Assembly (NCBI GenBank): GCA_963674865.2 | Contig: CAXXYE010000001.1 | Coordinates: 256,001 to 320,000, forward strand | DNA from: Candidatus Hydrogenedentota bacterium | Lineage (GTDB): Bacteria > Hydrogenedentota > Hydrogenedentia > Hydrogenedentales > SLHB01 | Length of the DNA stretch: 64,000 nt | Direction of reading: 5' to 3' | In this document: in pieces, positions 38,501 to 47,800 of the stretch | Position numbering within the stretch: position 1 is the first letter of the stretch | Layout: each line of letters opens with the position of its first letter | Notes under the pieces: model-generated | The model's database searches: none | What the model saw: only the letters and a program-made list of their open reading frames with translations | Told to the model about the DNA's origin: nothing | Made by a program: the position numbers and the translations under genes

Positions 38501-39866
38501 CGTCCCAGTGCCATTGCTGGTAGAAATCCTTGTTGTTCCCGAACTTGGCGCGTTTGCCGCCGTCGACGCTGGCTAGGAACGAGTTGGCGTCATTGCTTCC
38601 CGGCGCGCCGGGATAATAGAACCGGCCCCAGAGATACCAGTGCCCGGAGTCGGGTAGGGTGACCGTGTATACAGCCTCATCCCCACTGCCGCCGTTGAGG
38701 GAGTTCTTCGCCGAATCGGCGAAGATCAGCGTGTCGGTGATTGCGTTTTTCAAGGGGTCGGCATCTGTATCCGCCGCGTAGGCCGCCGAGTAGGTCATTG
38801 AGCCGTTGAATGTGACGGCGTCCGCTGCCGCGTTAAGCCAGACCTCATTCACAGATTCCGGTACCACGCCAGTGCCCGACAATGGAATGATCGCATCGCC
38901 CGCAGGATCGTCGGAAGCTATAACCAACTCGGCCTCGCGAGTTCCCTCGGCGGAAGGGCAGAAAACCACGCTGACGGTTGCCGTCTCGCCCGGTTGAAGC
39001 GTGCAAGGTACAGAGGCATCCGCCGAGAAATCGGCGGCGTTGGCTCCAGACACGCTCAACGTAGACACGTACAGCGGCGCGTCACCGAAGTTTGAGAGCG
39101 TTAGGTCTTTCGCCGGCGATGGTTCGGACACCCTTGTGTCATCGAAGGCAAGGCTGACGGGTGTTACCGCCAGTTCCGGAAGTGCCGGCGCCAAACCCAG
39201 CGCCTGGACGGCTTCTGCATCGGTGGGGATATAGCCGGCCGATGAGGTCAACACAAGTACGTCGAGGCGGGGCGACTCGGGCGTTACTTCGCGCTTCCCG
39301 ATGGTGAGCGTGTGCTCTCCCGCCGCAAGCCATCCGAGATATGCCGGTGTGCAGGAACCTGTCTCGACATTGCCGTCGCCGTCCCAGTGCCATTGCTGGA
39401 AATGATCTTTGTTATTGCCCAGCTTCCGGCCCGCCCCGGAGTCCACGGACACCCAAAACGAGTTAGCGGCGTTGCTTCCGGGGGTGCCGGGATAGTAGAA
39501 GCGGCCCCAGAGATACCAATCTCCGTCGGATGGCAGTTGGACGATGTATTGAACCGTGTCGTCATCCATCCCGGCAAGCGCATCGACCGAGCTCTCGGCG
39601 TAAACAAGGAAGTCGCCCAGCGCATCCGCTTCAGGATCCATATCCTGTCCGCCGGAGAACGCATCGGAGAATGTCATGGCCTGACTGAATGCTGCCGTCG
39701 CGTCAGACGCCGCGGCAACCCATATGACTCCAGGCGCAGCGCTTTCAATCTCCTTGCCCGGCAAGGTGGCGGGGCAGGCGGCAAGAGTGAAGAGCAGCAG
39801 GATCGCGAGCATAGACAATGTGAGCCTGCGCGGAATGTACATGGAGGAACTGGCTGTTCTAATCAT
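35505..39866 (-). CDS. Giant modular lipoprotein: three carbohydrate-binding-like modules, three ASH/choice-of-anchor-D Ig-like domains, a (GE)n linker and a putative clan GH-A-like catalytic domain
   Basis: AGGAG RBS before ATG 39866; lipobox LAAC. Three repeats of WYLWGRFYYPG.PGSN.ANSF...FGNNKD..Q.WHWDGDG. Three repeats of L.....L.FG.V.....LTN.G...L. C-terminal domain has FMDW, VEYSNEVW and AYEGGQH. Confidence 0.85.
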   Translation of the reverse strand: MIRTASSSMYIPRRLTLSMLAILLLFTLAACPATLPGKEIESAAPGVIWVAAASDATAAFSQAMTFSDAFSGGQDMDPEADALGDFLVYAESSVDALAGMDDDTVQYIVQLPSDGDWYLWGRFYYPGTPGSNAANSFWVSVDSGAGRKLGNNKDHFQQWHWDGDGNVETGSCTPAYLGWLAAGEHTLTIGKREVTPESPRLDVLVLTSSAGYIPTDAEAVQALGLAPALPELAVTPVSLAFDDTRVSEPSPAKDLTLSNFGDAPLYVSTLSVSGANAADFSADASVPCTLQPGETATVSVVFCPSAEGTREAELVIASDDPAGDAIIPLSGTGVVPESVNEVWLNAAADAVTFNGSMTYSAAYAADTDADPLKNAITDTLIFADSAKNSLNGGSGDEAVYTVTLPDSGHWYLWGRFYYPGAPGSNDANSFLASVDGGKRAKFGNNKDFYQQWHWDGDGDVERGAPSALYLGWLEAGNHTLVIEKREVKPIPPRLDVLVVTADPAFVPSDEAAEAGLGLEAPAPELSLNATSLDFGSLVVGEVSEARSVIVTNTGEATLEIAGATVVGAGFVCENSDGCTLDPSGSATFNITFAPSEVGLAAATLVVASNAPAGAAEVALSGEGLALPPPELQVNIDTLDFGGVPTGLSSAPATLVLTNIGGTTLAVSGLDVTGSEASEFLLSGGPEPPFALAPEASTQVEIAFTPSEEGIRQAKLLIESDDPRGTVSVLLSGEGVFVQSELWIAAALDPTAAFYGDMAVCTAFANGADADPLADSLVAGQVFPASTESAFGGGSGDEVAYTVDLPASGTWYLWGRFYYPGDPGSNDANSFLVRVDDGAALKFGNNRDYFQEWHWDGDGGLETGPLSPLSLGDLDAGMHTLIVEKREVLPVAPRLDVLLLTQDSYAAPTDADAAAALNLGGGEGEGEGEGEGEGEGELPIGPYANENSPLGTNLSPIADWSPEWAFLDAFKTSRAWISGTAYTWDDGRTLDVDEHGWVRSLESGQVAKTLLFWDLQDMYPGGEYIVLYDGEGTIEYQFAACKDDAASASGRDVVNVDPSQGGWGLWITATDPGDYIRNIRVIMPGGTSPEDPFSWWYDEAECPYTTFQRFEDTYATQAFHPAFLAAVKNYKVLRFMDWMATNDSEQEAWSERPTPEDARWTECGVPIEVICALANRLHADAWINVPHKATDDYIAQLATQVRDLLDAGLRVYVEYSNEVWNWQFQQAQYASDQGLARGYTTNQYEAVTFFMSARSVEVFGIFEQVFGATDRLVRVMGAQAANSSASETLLSFNDAYLNTDVLAIAPYFGGYLGSPDNASWVSAMTLDDLVGELQNSALPESIEWITSSAGVAGNYGVDLVAYEGGQHLVGYWGVQDNDTVNALFDAVNSDPRMGQMYTDYLNAWAQSGAGMFVHYVNCYKDCKWGRWGAMQYLGQPRVDAPKYDALMQFIEDRL
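37060..37110 (-). repeat. Hexamer tandem repeat encoding the GEGEGEGEGEGEGE linker
   Basis: Plus-strand ccttct/ccctcg/ccctca units. Confidence 0.9.
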
Positions 39867-39921
39867 AAGCGAGACTCCTAATCGCATACTTCGGTCGGTT
39901 GCGAGATTCGAGAGTCTCACT

Positions 39922-39937
39922 TGCAAGGTGTATGCCA
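39922..39937 (-). promoter_or_regulatory. Sigma54 (-24/-12) promoter
   Basis: Minus strand TGGCAT-ACACC-TTGCA has exact GG-N10-GC spacing and lies about 55 bp upstream of the ATG at 39866. Confidence 0.8.
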
Positions 39938-40139
39938 AGGCCTTAGGCCGCACACCTTGCGAGGAGGGATCGGCGTCCTTGAAGCTGCCAACTTCTTGGG
40001 CGCCGAATTCTTTGTTGAGTAGCGTTTGGAGCTGATAGGAACGCGCGCTGCGCCCGTCTCCATTCTTCTATACTTGTTCCCGGTTATCTCCTTCTGTCAC
40101 ATGGCATCCCCGGCGACAGGCGGGCACTTACTGGCGAGA

Positions 40140-40220
40140 GTTCGGCAGAACATCCTGCCGAACCGCCAAACTCCTGTCACCCTATCAGAATGCCGACATG
40201 CCGTCAAACGCCGACATGCC
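40140..40220. promoter_or_regulatory. Candidate enhancer/operator sites in the divergent intergenic region
   Basis: Perfect 9-bp inverted repeat gttcggcag-N6-ctgccgaac (40140-40163) and direct repeat gccgacatgcc x2 (40192-40202, 40210-40220). Confidence 0.45.
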
Positions 40221-40598
40221 TCCAAATTCCACGAACAATATACACAGTTTTCAGATAAAAATCAACCCTTGTTATTTAATATCCCACTGCGTCGTCGCCT
40301 GGGGCCGCTCTGGCGAGTCCGAGACGGCGCGCGCTCAGACCGTCTTCAGCTTCACTTTCCCCCGGCCGGGCAACCGCAAACCATGAGCGGACGGCCGTTG
40401 CTGACCCGGCCCGCCAATGCCGGCCTGTGGGCCCGGAAGCAAAGGTAATTCCTGATCTTGCAAGCATATGCGCATAAGACTTGAACGATACCGTGTGGCA
40501 TTTGTGCCGGAGGGTAAGCGCTGAGATGACAATGCCGCCCAAAACCCGGTAAACTCTGCGTTTGAGACGCACTGGAGACACAACCAGGAAGGTTGAGC

Positions 40599-41651
40599 AT
40601 GGGAAACGATGAGAAACTGATTATTGGACTTCCGGCCGGCTCGCTGGCCGATGCCTCCCGAGGCGGGAAGCTGGGTGAACTTCTGAAACACGCCGGCTTC
40701 CCCACAAAGGGATACGATAAGGGGGGGCCGAGCACTTTCCCCGTCACGGGCTTCCTCGTGGGATGGGACGGCCGCCCTCAGGAATTCGGCTCCCAACTTG
40801 TCGTGGGCGAGATCGACATTGCCGTGGCCGGCGACGATTGGGTCCGCGAGCGCGTGCTGGAGTTCAAGTACGAATATGCCCAGGACATTGCCCTTACAAA
40901 GGTCCTTTCCCTGGGCAGGGGTGATGTGCGTATCGTCATCATCACCCAACCTCCCGAGGGCGACCTGTCTTGCGACACGTGGCTGAAAAGTCTTCTCGCG
41001 GCCAAGCCGTTGGTAACGATGGTTTCCGAGATGCCCTATATCGCCCTTGATTGGTTCCAGCGCAAAGCCGCGGCGCTGGGTTTTGCTGAGTCCCATAAGG
41101 CGTTTTCCGTACAGAAGTTTAAGACCCCCCCGCGAATCGATTCCGGTATCGTCATCTACGAGACCTGGGGGAAGACCGAGGCCAAGGTTAAGCACGGCTC
41201 CGTGGATTTCGGCCTCGAGATCACTCAGACGGGCGGCGCAATTCAGAACTACGGACTCCACATTATGGATGTCATCATGGAGTCCGAGGCCGGCATCTGG
41301 GTTAATCCCGCGCTGAAGGATAGTCCCGCGAAATACGCTCTGGCTCAGATGTTCCTACTTAACCTCTACGGTTCCATCTTTGCCGAAGACAAGGTGCTTC
41401 TGGTGTTCAATGCCAAGAAGGACCGTGTAGCCGCCGTGATGGATTATCTTGAAAGCAATAACCTGTTCGCTGACGAGCCCACTATGAAGGAAGGGGTAAA
41501 CTTCACGGAATTCAGCATTCAGGTTGATGTGAGTTCCAGCGCGCTTCCCTTGGCGCGGGTACGCTACGAGTTGGCTAGGCTGGGCGCCACGGGGATCGAG
41601 ACCATCCCGTTGGAATCCTCTATACCCGGCCTCGACGTTATTCCGCTCTAA
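40599..41651 (+). CDS. hisG: ATP phosphoribosyltransferase-like protein (divergent long-form HisG)
   Basis: IGLPAGSL, RPQE, DIAVAGDDWVRE, WGKTEAKV and EITQTG..IQNYGL..MDVIMESEA follow the HisG motif order, with a C-terminal ACT-like domain. Confidence 0.75.
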   Translation: MGNDEKLIIGLPAGSLADASRGGKLGELLKHAGFPTKGYDKGGPSTFPVTGFLVGWDGRPQEFGSQLVVGEIDIAVAGDDWVRERVLEFKYEYAQDIALTKVLSLGRGDVRIVIITQPPEGDLSCDTWLKSLLAAKPLVTMVSEMPYIALDWFQRKAAALGFAESHKAFSVQKFKTPPRIDSGIVIYETWGKTEAKVKHGSVDFGLEITQTGGAIQNYGLHIMDVIMESEAGIWVNPALKDSPAKYALAQMFLLNLYGSIFAEDKVLLVFNAKKDRVAAVMDYLESNNLFADEPTMKEGVNFTEFSIQVDVSSSALPLARVRYELARLGATGIETIPLESSIPGLDVIPL

Positions 41652-44600
41652 GTAGGGATGCGCGACAAGAGCCGTCTTGCGCGGACTGTTTGCCGCGTCC
41701 GATGCCGGCGAGGCTTGCGAGGTATCGTAAGGTCCAGGCTTGTAGGTCGTCGATGAGCGAGTAGAAAAGCGGCACGACGAAAAGCGTCAGGAGCGTTCCC
41801 ACGGCCAGCCCGCCGATCAGGGCGCGCCCCAATCCGATGAAAGAGACTCTTGCGCCGCCGATGCCCAGCGGCACGCAGCCAAGGATGGTCGTGAGCGCCG
41901 TCATCATGACGGGTCGCAGACGGTCCTTGCCCCCCTGCAGGATCGCTTCATTACGCGCCATGCCGTTTCGCCTAAGATGGTTGATGTGATCGACGATCAC
42001 GATCCCGTTGTTGACGATGATGCCCACCATGAGGATGCAGCCTACGAGCGCCACGCTATCCATCGGCGTCTGTGTGATGAACATGGCCCAGTAGACGCCG
42101 ATGAACGCCAGGGGTACCGAGGTAAGCACGGACAAGGGAAGGAAGTAGGACTCGAACAGGGTGGCCATGACGATGTAGATCAGCACCACGGCCAAGAGGA
42201 CGGCCGCGCGGAAGCTGGTCATGGTGGACTTCAACTCGGTGAGTTCCTGGCCCAGCTCGACGCTGTAGCCCGGCGGCAGGTCAAAGGATTCGATCAGGCT
42301 CTCAAGGTCGTCACGCACCTCGGAAAGGGCCTCGTTAACCGCTTTGGCCGTCACCGTAACGATATTCTTCGCGTTTTCGCGGCGGATGGCGCGAGGGCTG
42401 CGCACCTTGTCGAAACTCACCAGTTGGTTGATGGGGATCAATTCCCCCGTATCGCTCACCACGGCCACATTGTCCAGGTTGGCCTTTGTCTTCCGATCTT
42501 CCTCTCGGAACTGAGCCCAAACCGGTATCTCGCGCCCCCCTTGCTTGAGGTAGGTGAAGCGATTGCCCCGCAGGGCTAGGTCGATGCTCCGGGCAATCCG
42601 CGCCGGGCTGGTTCCGGCTTGCTCCGTCCGCTCCTCATTGATTCGGACGAGCACCTCTTCCTCATCGCGGTCCAGGTCCGTCTCGACATCGCCAATTCTC
42701 GGAACGCTCTCCATCAGCTTTCGCAGTCGCTCCGCGTACGCTGATAGGATCTGCGTATCGTCTCCTCTGAGGCGCAAGGACACCGACCCTTCCGACTGGC
42801 CCTGGTTCGCCTCTGCAATGGAGAACTTCAATTCAGCGCCTGGCAGACGCTTGGGCAAGAGTTCCCAGAGAATATCGCGCACTTGCTCCGTGGTAAGAGG
42901 CGGCTTTTCGCCGGGCGGCAGATCTTCTTCATCGACCAGGTAGATCTGGAACCGGCCCCCGCGCAAGCCGTGCCTCACGAAGATATTCCGGATGCCCAGT
43001 TCCTCGCGCAGTCCGTCGATACGGGCTTCGATATCCGCAAAGAGTTCCTGGGCCATAGGCTTGTCGAAGTTAGGATCCAGATCGACGCGCATGTCCACGC
43101 TGCGCATGTCCAACACGGGCACGCTCTCTGTTGGGACCCGCTCTTTCGCGACAACCACCGTCGCGATTCCCAGCAGAGCAACAAGCAACAACGTGGCCAG
43201 GCGCCATCGCATCACCAGGCCGAGCGTCCGGATATAGACTTGGACGAGCCTCTTGAACGGGTGGGCGTGCAAGAGTACGGCCAAGCGCGCGCTGCGAGGC
43301 CCTTTCGGCAGCCGTGGGGCAGGAAGCGTGGCTCGATACCATGGCAGATGCTCTCGCAGGGACTTCCGCGGTTTCATGCGGCTCACGGCCAAGGGCAACA
43401 CCGTAAGCGCGAGGATCAGGCTCGAGAACAAGGCCACCGCGACCGGCCCGCCGAACTGCTTCATGTACAACGCCATCATGCCCTTCTCCATATAGAGAAC
43501 CGGGATGAAGGCCACCGCCGTTGTCAACGTGGCGGCGGTGATCGCCATGCTGACCTCGCTCGCGCCGCGCTGCGCGCTCTCCATCTGATCATAGCCGAGC
43601 TGGTGGTACCGGACGATATTCTCGATGACGACAATGGAATTGTCCACGAGCATTCCGATGGCGATGATCATGGCGCTCATGGTGACGATGTTGAGCGTCA
43701 TCCCCGCGAAGAACATGAAGACGAGGCCCGCCAAGAGGGATGCGGGGATGGCCAGGGCCACCACGACTGTCGGCCTGAGACGCCGCAGGAATAGGAAGAG
43801 CACTACCAGGGCCATTACGCCGCCATATCTCCCCGCGCTGAGCAGTCCGTTGATAGACGATGTGATCAATTCGCCCTGGTTGAGAACCATCAGTTTCTCC
43901 GTTCCTTTGAATGCCGGTTCGGAGAGTGCTTGATCGAGTTCTTTCTCCAGTGCCTTGCACACGGCCACCGTATTCGCTTCCGATTCCTTCAGGATCGCTA
44001 CGAACACGCCGCCTTTGCCGTCGATGTGATAGTCGTAATCGATCTCCCGGGCCTGGTATCCCACGTGGGCGACGTCTTTGAGCTGCAGTCCATTCGGCCC
44101 CACAATGAGATCCGCGATGTCTTCGGGCCGGGTGAACTCACTTGCCACGCGCACGAAGTATTTGGTGCCTCCGTCGATGAGTTCTCCCGCCGATAGGTGC
44201 ACATTACTCGTCTGGAGACTGGCGACAATCTGGTAGATTCCGAGGTTCCGGCTTCCCAGGGCGGCCTGATCGAACTCGACGACGACATCCTCCTCCGGCT
44301 TGCTGTACACCGTTACATCGGCGACGCCGCCGATCCGCATCAGGCGTGGCACGAGGAATGTCCGCACGAGGTGTGCGAAATCGTCGGGATCCTTCTCGCT
44401 GAAGAGCGGGAATGCCATGATAGGCACGGCTTCTGAACTGAAGCGCCCCAGCACCATCTGGTCTACCGTCGCGGGCAACCGCAATCGGAGACGCTCCATG
44501 CGGTCCCGCACTTCAGCGGTGGCGAGGCCCATGTCCGTGTCCCAGTCGAAGTGCATATGTACGCTGCACCCATCCGCATCGGAACGCGTGGTGATGCGTT

Positions 44601-44841
44601 TGAGGTGGGACACCGTCCGGAATTCACCCTCCGCCGGGATGGCGATCTCGTTCTCCACCTGTTCCGGAGTCGCGCCGGGATATGGAATGTAGCAGCGGAT
44701 GAAGGGCGAATCCATCGCGGGAAGGAACTCGAGCGGTACTTTGTGTAGGGCGACGATTCCTAAACCGAGCACGGTGATCACCAGCATGGACACCGTGACG
44801 GGGCGGCGTATCGCGGCCGCTGGCAGCGACACCCATCTCAC
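41638..44841 (-). CDS. RND efflux transporter permease (AcrB/AcrD/AcrF family), subunit 2
   Basis: RRPVTV, GATPEQVE, GMLVDNSIVVIENI, GIIVNNGIV and RLRPVMMT. Confidence 0.95.
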   Translation of the reverse strand: MRWVSLPAAAIRRPVTVSMLVITVLGLGIVALHKVPLEFLPAMDSPFIRCYIPYPGATPEQVENEIAIPAEGEFRTVSHLKRITTRSDADGCSVHMHFDWDTDMGLATAEVRDRMERLRLRLPATVDQMVLGRFSSEAVPIMAFPLFSEKDPDDFAHLVRTFLVPRLMRIGGVADVTVYSKPEEDVVVEFDQAALGSRNLGIYQIVASLQTSNVHLSAGELIDGGTKYFVRVASEFTRPEDIADLIVGPNGLQLKDVAHVGYQAREIDYDYHIDGKGGVFVAILKESEANTVAVCKALEKELDQALSEPAFKGTEKLMVLNQGELITSSINGLLSAGRYGGVMALVVLFLFLRRLRPTVVVALAIPASLLAGLVFMFFAGMTLNIVTMSAMIIAIGMLVDNSIVVIENIVRYHQLGYDQMESAQRGASEVSMAITAATLTTAVAFIPVLYMEKGMMALYMKQFGGPVAVALFSSLILALTVLPLAVSRMKPRKSLREHLPWYRATLPAPRLPKGPRSARLAVLLHAHPFKRLVQVYIRTLGLVMRWRLATLLLVALLGIATVVVAKERVPTESVPVLDMRSVDMRVDLDPNFDKPMAQELFADIEARIDGLREELGIRNIFVRHGLRGGRFQIYLVDEEDLPPGEKPPLTTEQVRDILWELLPKRLPGAELKFSIAEANQGQSEGSVSLRLRGDDTQILSAYAERLRKLMESVPRIGDVETDLDRDEEEVLVRINEERTEQAGTSPARIARSIDLALRGNRFTYLKQGGREIPVWAQFREEDRKTKANLDNVAVVSDTGELIPINQLVSFDKVRSPRAIRRENAKNIVTVTAKAVNEALSEVRDDLESLIESFDLPPGYSVELGQELTELKSTMTSFRAAVLLAVVLIYIVMATLFESYFLPLSVLTSVPLAFIGVYWAMFITQTPMDSVALVGCILMVGIIVNNGIVIVDHINHLRRNGMARNEAILQGGKDRLRPVMMTALTTILGCVPLGIGGARVSFIGLGRALIGGLAVGTLLTLFVVPLFYSLIDDLQAWTLRYLASLAGIGRGKQSAQDGSCRASLLRAE

Positions 44842-47800
44842 CGATCACGCCCCCCGAACAGGTAGTAGGCCATGGGGATGATGAAGAGCGTCAATACCGT
44901 GGCGGATGTGAGGCCCGCCATCACCGTAATGGCAATCGGCCGGCGTATCTCCGCGCCCTCGCCCGTCCAGAAGGCCATTGGGATAAGCCCGAGCACGGTT
45001 GTTAACGTCGTCATTACGATGGGGCGCAGCCTTACCACGCCTGCTTGCACGAGCGCGTCGGTTTTGGCCAGGCCCCGGCGGCGAAGTTGGTTGACGTAAT
45101 CCACCAAAACAATCGCGTCGTTCACGACGATGCCCGCCAGTACGATTCCCCCGATGAAGACGACCACGCTGAGGTCGATGGAGAGCCAGTCAAGAACATA
45201 TATCACGCCGATAAATGCCAGCGGCACGCTGAACATGATTAGGGCCGGGTGCCACACCGATTCGAACTGGCAGGCCATCACCACATACACCAGAAAGACG
45301 GCCAGGGCCAGGGCGAACATCAGACTGCGGTATGAGGTGCGCAGCTCCCGGTTCTGGCCTCCGAGCAAAAACTGGTAATCAGCGGGCTTCTCGATGCCTT
45401 GAATCCGCGCCATGACCTCGTCGCCCACGGAGCCCAGGTCGCGGCCTTCGACGTTCGCCGTGACAACGACCACCTGCTGCTGGTCGATGCGACGGATCTC
45501 GCTCGGGCCTTCCTGGACGCGTAGGCCCGCCACCGAGGCCAGCGAGACGGGCGGATAGCCGTCGGTTACCGACATATTGCGCAGATCATTGAGGCTACTC
45601 AGTTTAGCCTGGTCGGATCGCACGCGAATATCGACTTTCTCGCCGCCACGGTTGAAGCGCGTAGCCACGTCGCCCTGCACCTCGGTTCGGAGGCGCTCCG
45701 CTACCTGTCCGGGGGAGAGGTCTTTGGCCGCGAGGAGATCGCGGTCAAACTCGATGATAATCTCCGGATATCCGGCCCTCACACTCAATTCCGCGTCCTT
45801 GAGGCCGTCGATGCCGCGGATTCTCTCCAGAGCTTGTTGGCCTACGCGGCGGAGTTCGTTGGGATCGTCGCCGCGTATCTGCAGTTCGAGTGCATTCTTG
45901 AACGTGAAAAGCGTCGGCAGCGTGAAGGTGATCTCGTCGTCGGGGAACATGCCGCTGACCTTGCGTCGCAGCGCCTCCATGATCTCATCCTGCCGCGCCG
46001 CATTGCGCTCCCGATCCTTTAGAGACACATTGAACTGTGCAATATTCTCTCCGCGGCTTCCCGCGTCCGCCGACAGTTGCTCGCTGCCCACTTCGGCCGA
46101 GACAGCCTCGACTTCGGGCATCCCCATAGCGATCTCTACGAATCGTCGGGCGCGGCGATCCGTTTCCTCCAGACGGGTGCCCGCCGGAGCCTCGAGACGT
46201 ACGCCGAACTCTCCCTGTTTCATGGGGGGGATCAGTTCCCGGCCCAAGGTCAAGGCCCTGCCCGCCGCGTGGACGGCCAGGCCCCCTACAATGAGAAGAA
46301 AGACGGGACTGAGCCGGAGGGCCCATCGAAGACTTGCACCATATGCTTCGCGAAAGGCCTTGAAACTGGTGTCAAATGCCTGTAGAGGCAGCCACAAGAC
46401 AACGCGGAATACCCAGCCTGCCCCACGTACCACGGCCAATGCCGCGATGGAAAAGAGGAAAAGGCCGGTAATTGCCCCGGTGGCCAGGCCCTTCAAACAC
46501 GCGTGAATCAACAGCACGGCGCTGAGGGGAACCGTAAGCGCCACCATGGCCACAGCCCTAGACAATAGCACGAGTGGACGGAGGATCTTGGCGAGAAGCG
46601 TCGCCCGCGGAGCTCCCGGCTCCGGTGGGTGTTCTCGCACCAGTATGCCTACGGCAGGCCGAAGCGTCGTCTTCGTGGTGATCTGAAGCCACTTCATCGC
46701 ATCGCGTAGGCCGTAGGGGATTATTAGTGCCAGTGCCGCCGGCCTCCCATGGCTGCCGTGGCGTGCCTCGCGGTAGCAGCGCAAGAGCCACACTACTTCC
46801 CGGTCGGCCAACACCGCCAAGCGCTGGCGCGAGACAATCATTGGAATGAGGTAGAGCGCTACCAAGAGGGAGGCGAGCAGTGAAAACGCGACTGTCAGCG
46901 CCAGATCGCCGAAGAGCTGGCCGGCCACGCCTTCCACGAACGCGATGGGGAGGAAGACGGCGATCGTCGTGAGCGTCGAGGCCGTCACGGCGCTGCTGAC
47001 CTCGCGCGTGCCGCGGTCCGCCGCGCTCACTGGATCGTCTCCTTCCTCCTTGCAGCGGAAGATGCTCTCAAGCACCACGATCGAGTTGTCGACGAGCATC
47101 CCGACACCCAGGGCGAGCCCGCCGAGGGACATGATGTTGAACGAGATGCCCCGCACATACATGGGAATGAAGGTTGCGATCACGGAGATGGGGATGGCCA
47201 GGCCGACCACGGCCGTGCTTCTTAGCTCGCGAAGGAAGAAGAAGAGGATCACCAGCGCCAGTATGCCGCCGTAAATGGCGGTGCGTTGGACTTCCCTGAT
47301 GGAGGCAACGATGAACTGAGATTGATCGCTGATAACCGCGAATTGTGTATCGCCAGGCAGGCGCGCGCGCAGCGTCTTTGTTTTCTGGCGAGCTCCCTCG
47401 GATGCGGGAGACGCCACGCCCGCTTGGCCTTTCGAGGCCCGCTTGGCCAGGGAGCTTGAGATGCGCTCCGACAGTGTCGCCGTGCGCTCAAAACCCAACA
47501 GGTCTTTCAGCTTGTTGCAGACGTCGACCGTATTGGCGTCGCCTTCTTTGTGAATCTCAAGGATGACGGCCTCACGTCCGCTGATCCGCGCGATGGTTTC
47601 GCGCTCTTTTTCGCCCGAGATGACATCGGCCACCTCGCCAAGTCGAATGTACTTGCCCCCGGGGCGGCCCACGATCACGTCGCCGATCTCGTCAACATTC
47701 TCAAATTCATTGAGTGTTCTGACAAGATACTCCGTCTTACCTTCTTTCAACCGGCCTCCCGAAAGGTTGATGTTCTGTTCCGAGAGGCTACCGACCACGT

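Noticed and set aside
37060..39500. Recurring DNA repeats that might suggest a CRISPR array or a DGR template/variable repeat
   Set aside because: They are in-frame protein domain repeats about 0.9-1.2 kb apart with mostly synonymous differences. There is no spacer periodicity, no adenine-specific variation, and no cas or reverse transcriptase gene.
40240..40285. IHF site in the AT-rich tract
   Set aside because: aatcaaccct-tgt does not fit WATCAANNNNTTR spacing, and it lies distal to the candidate enhancer.
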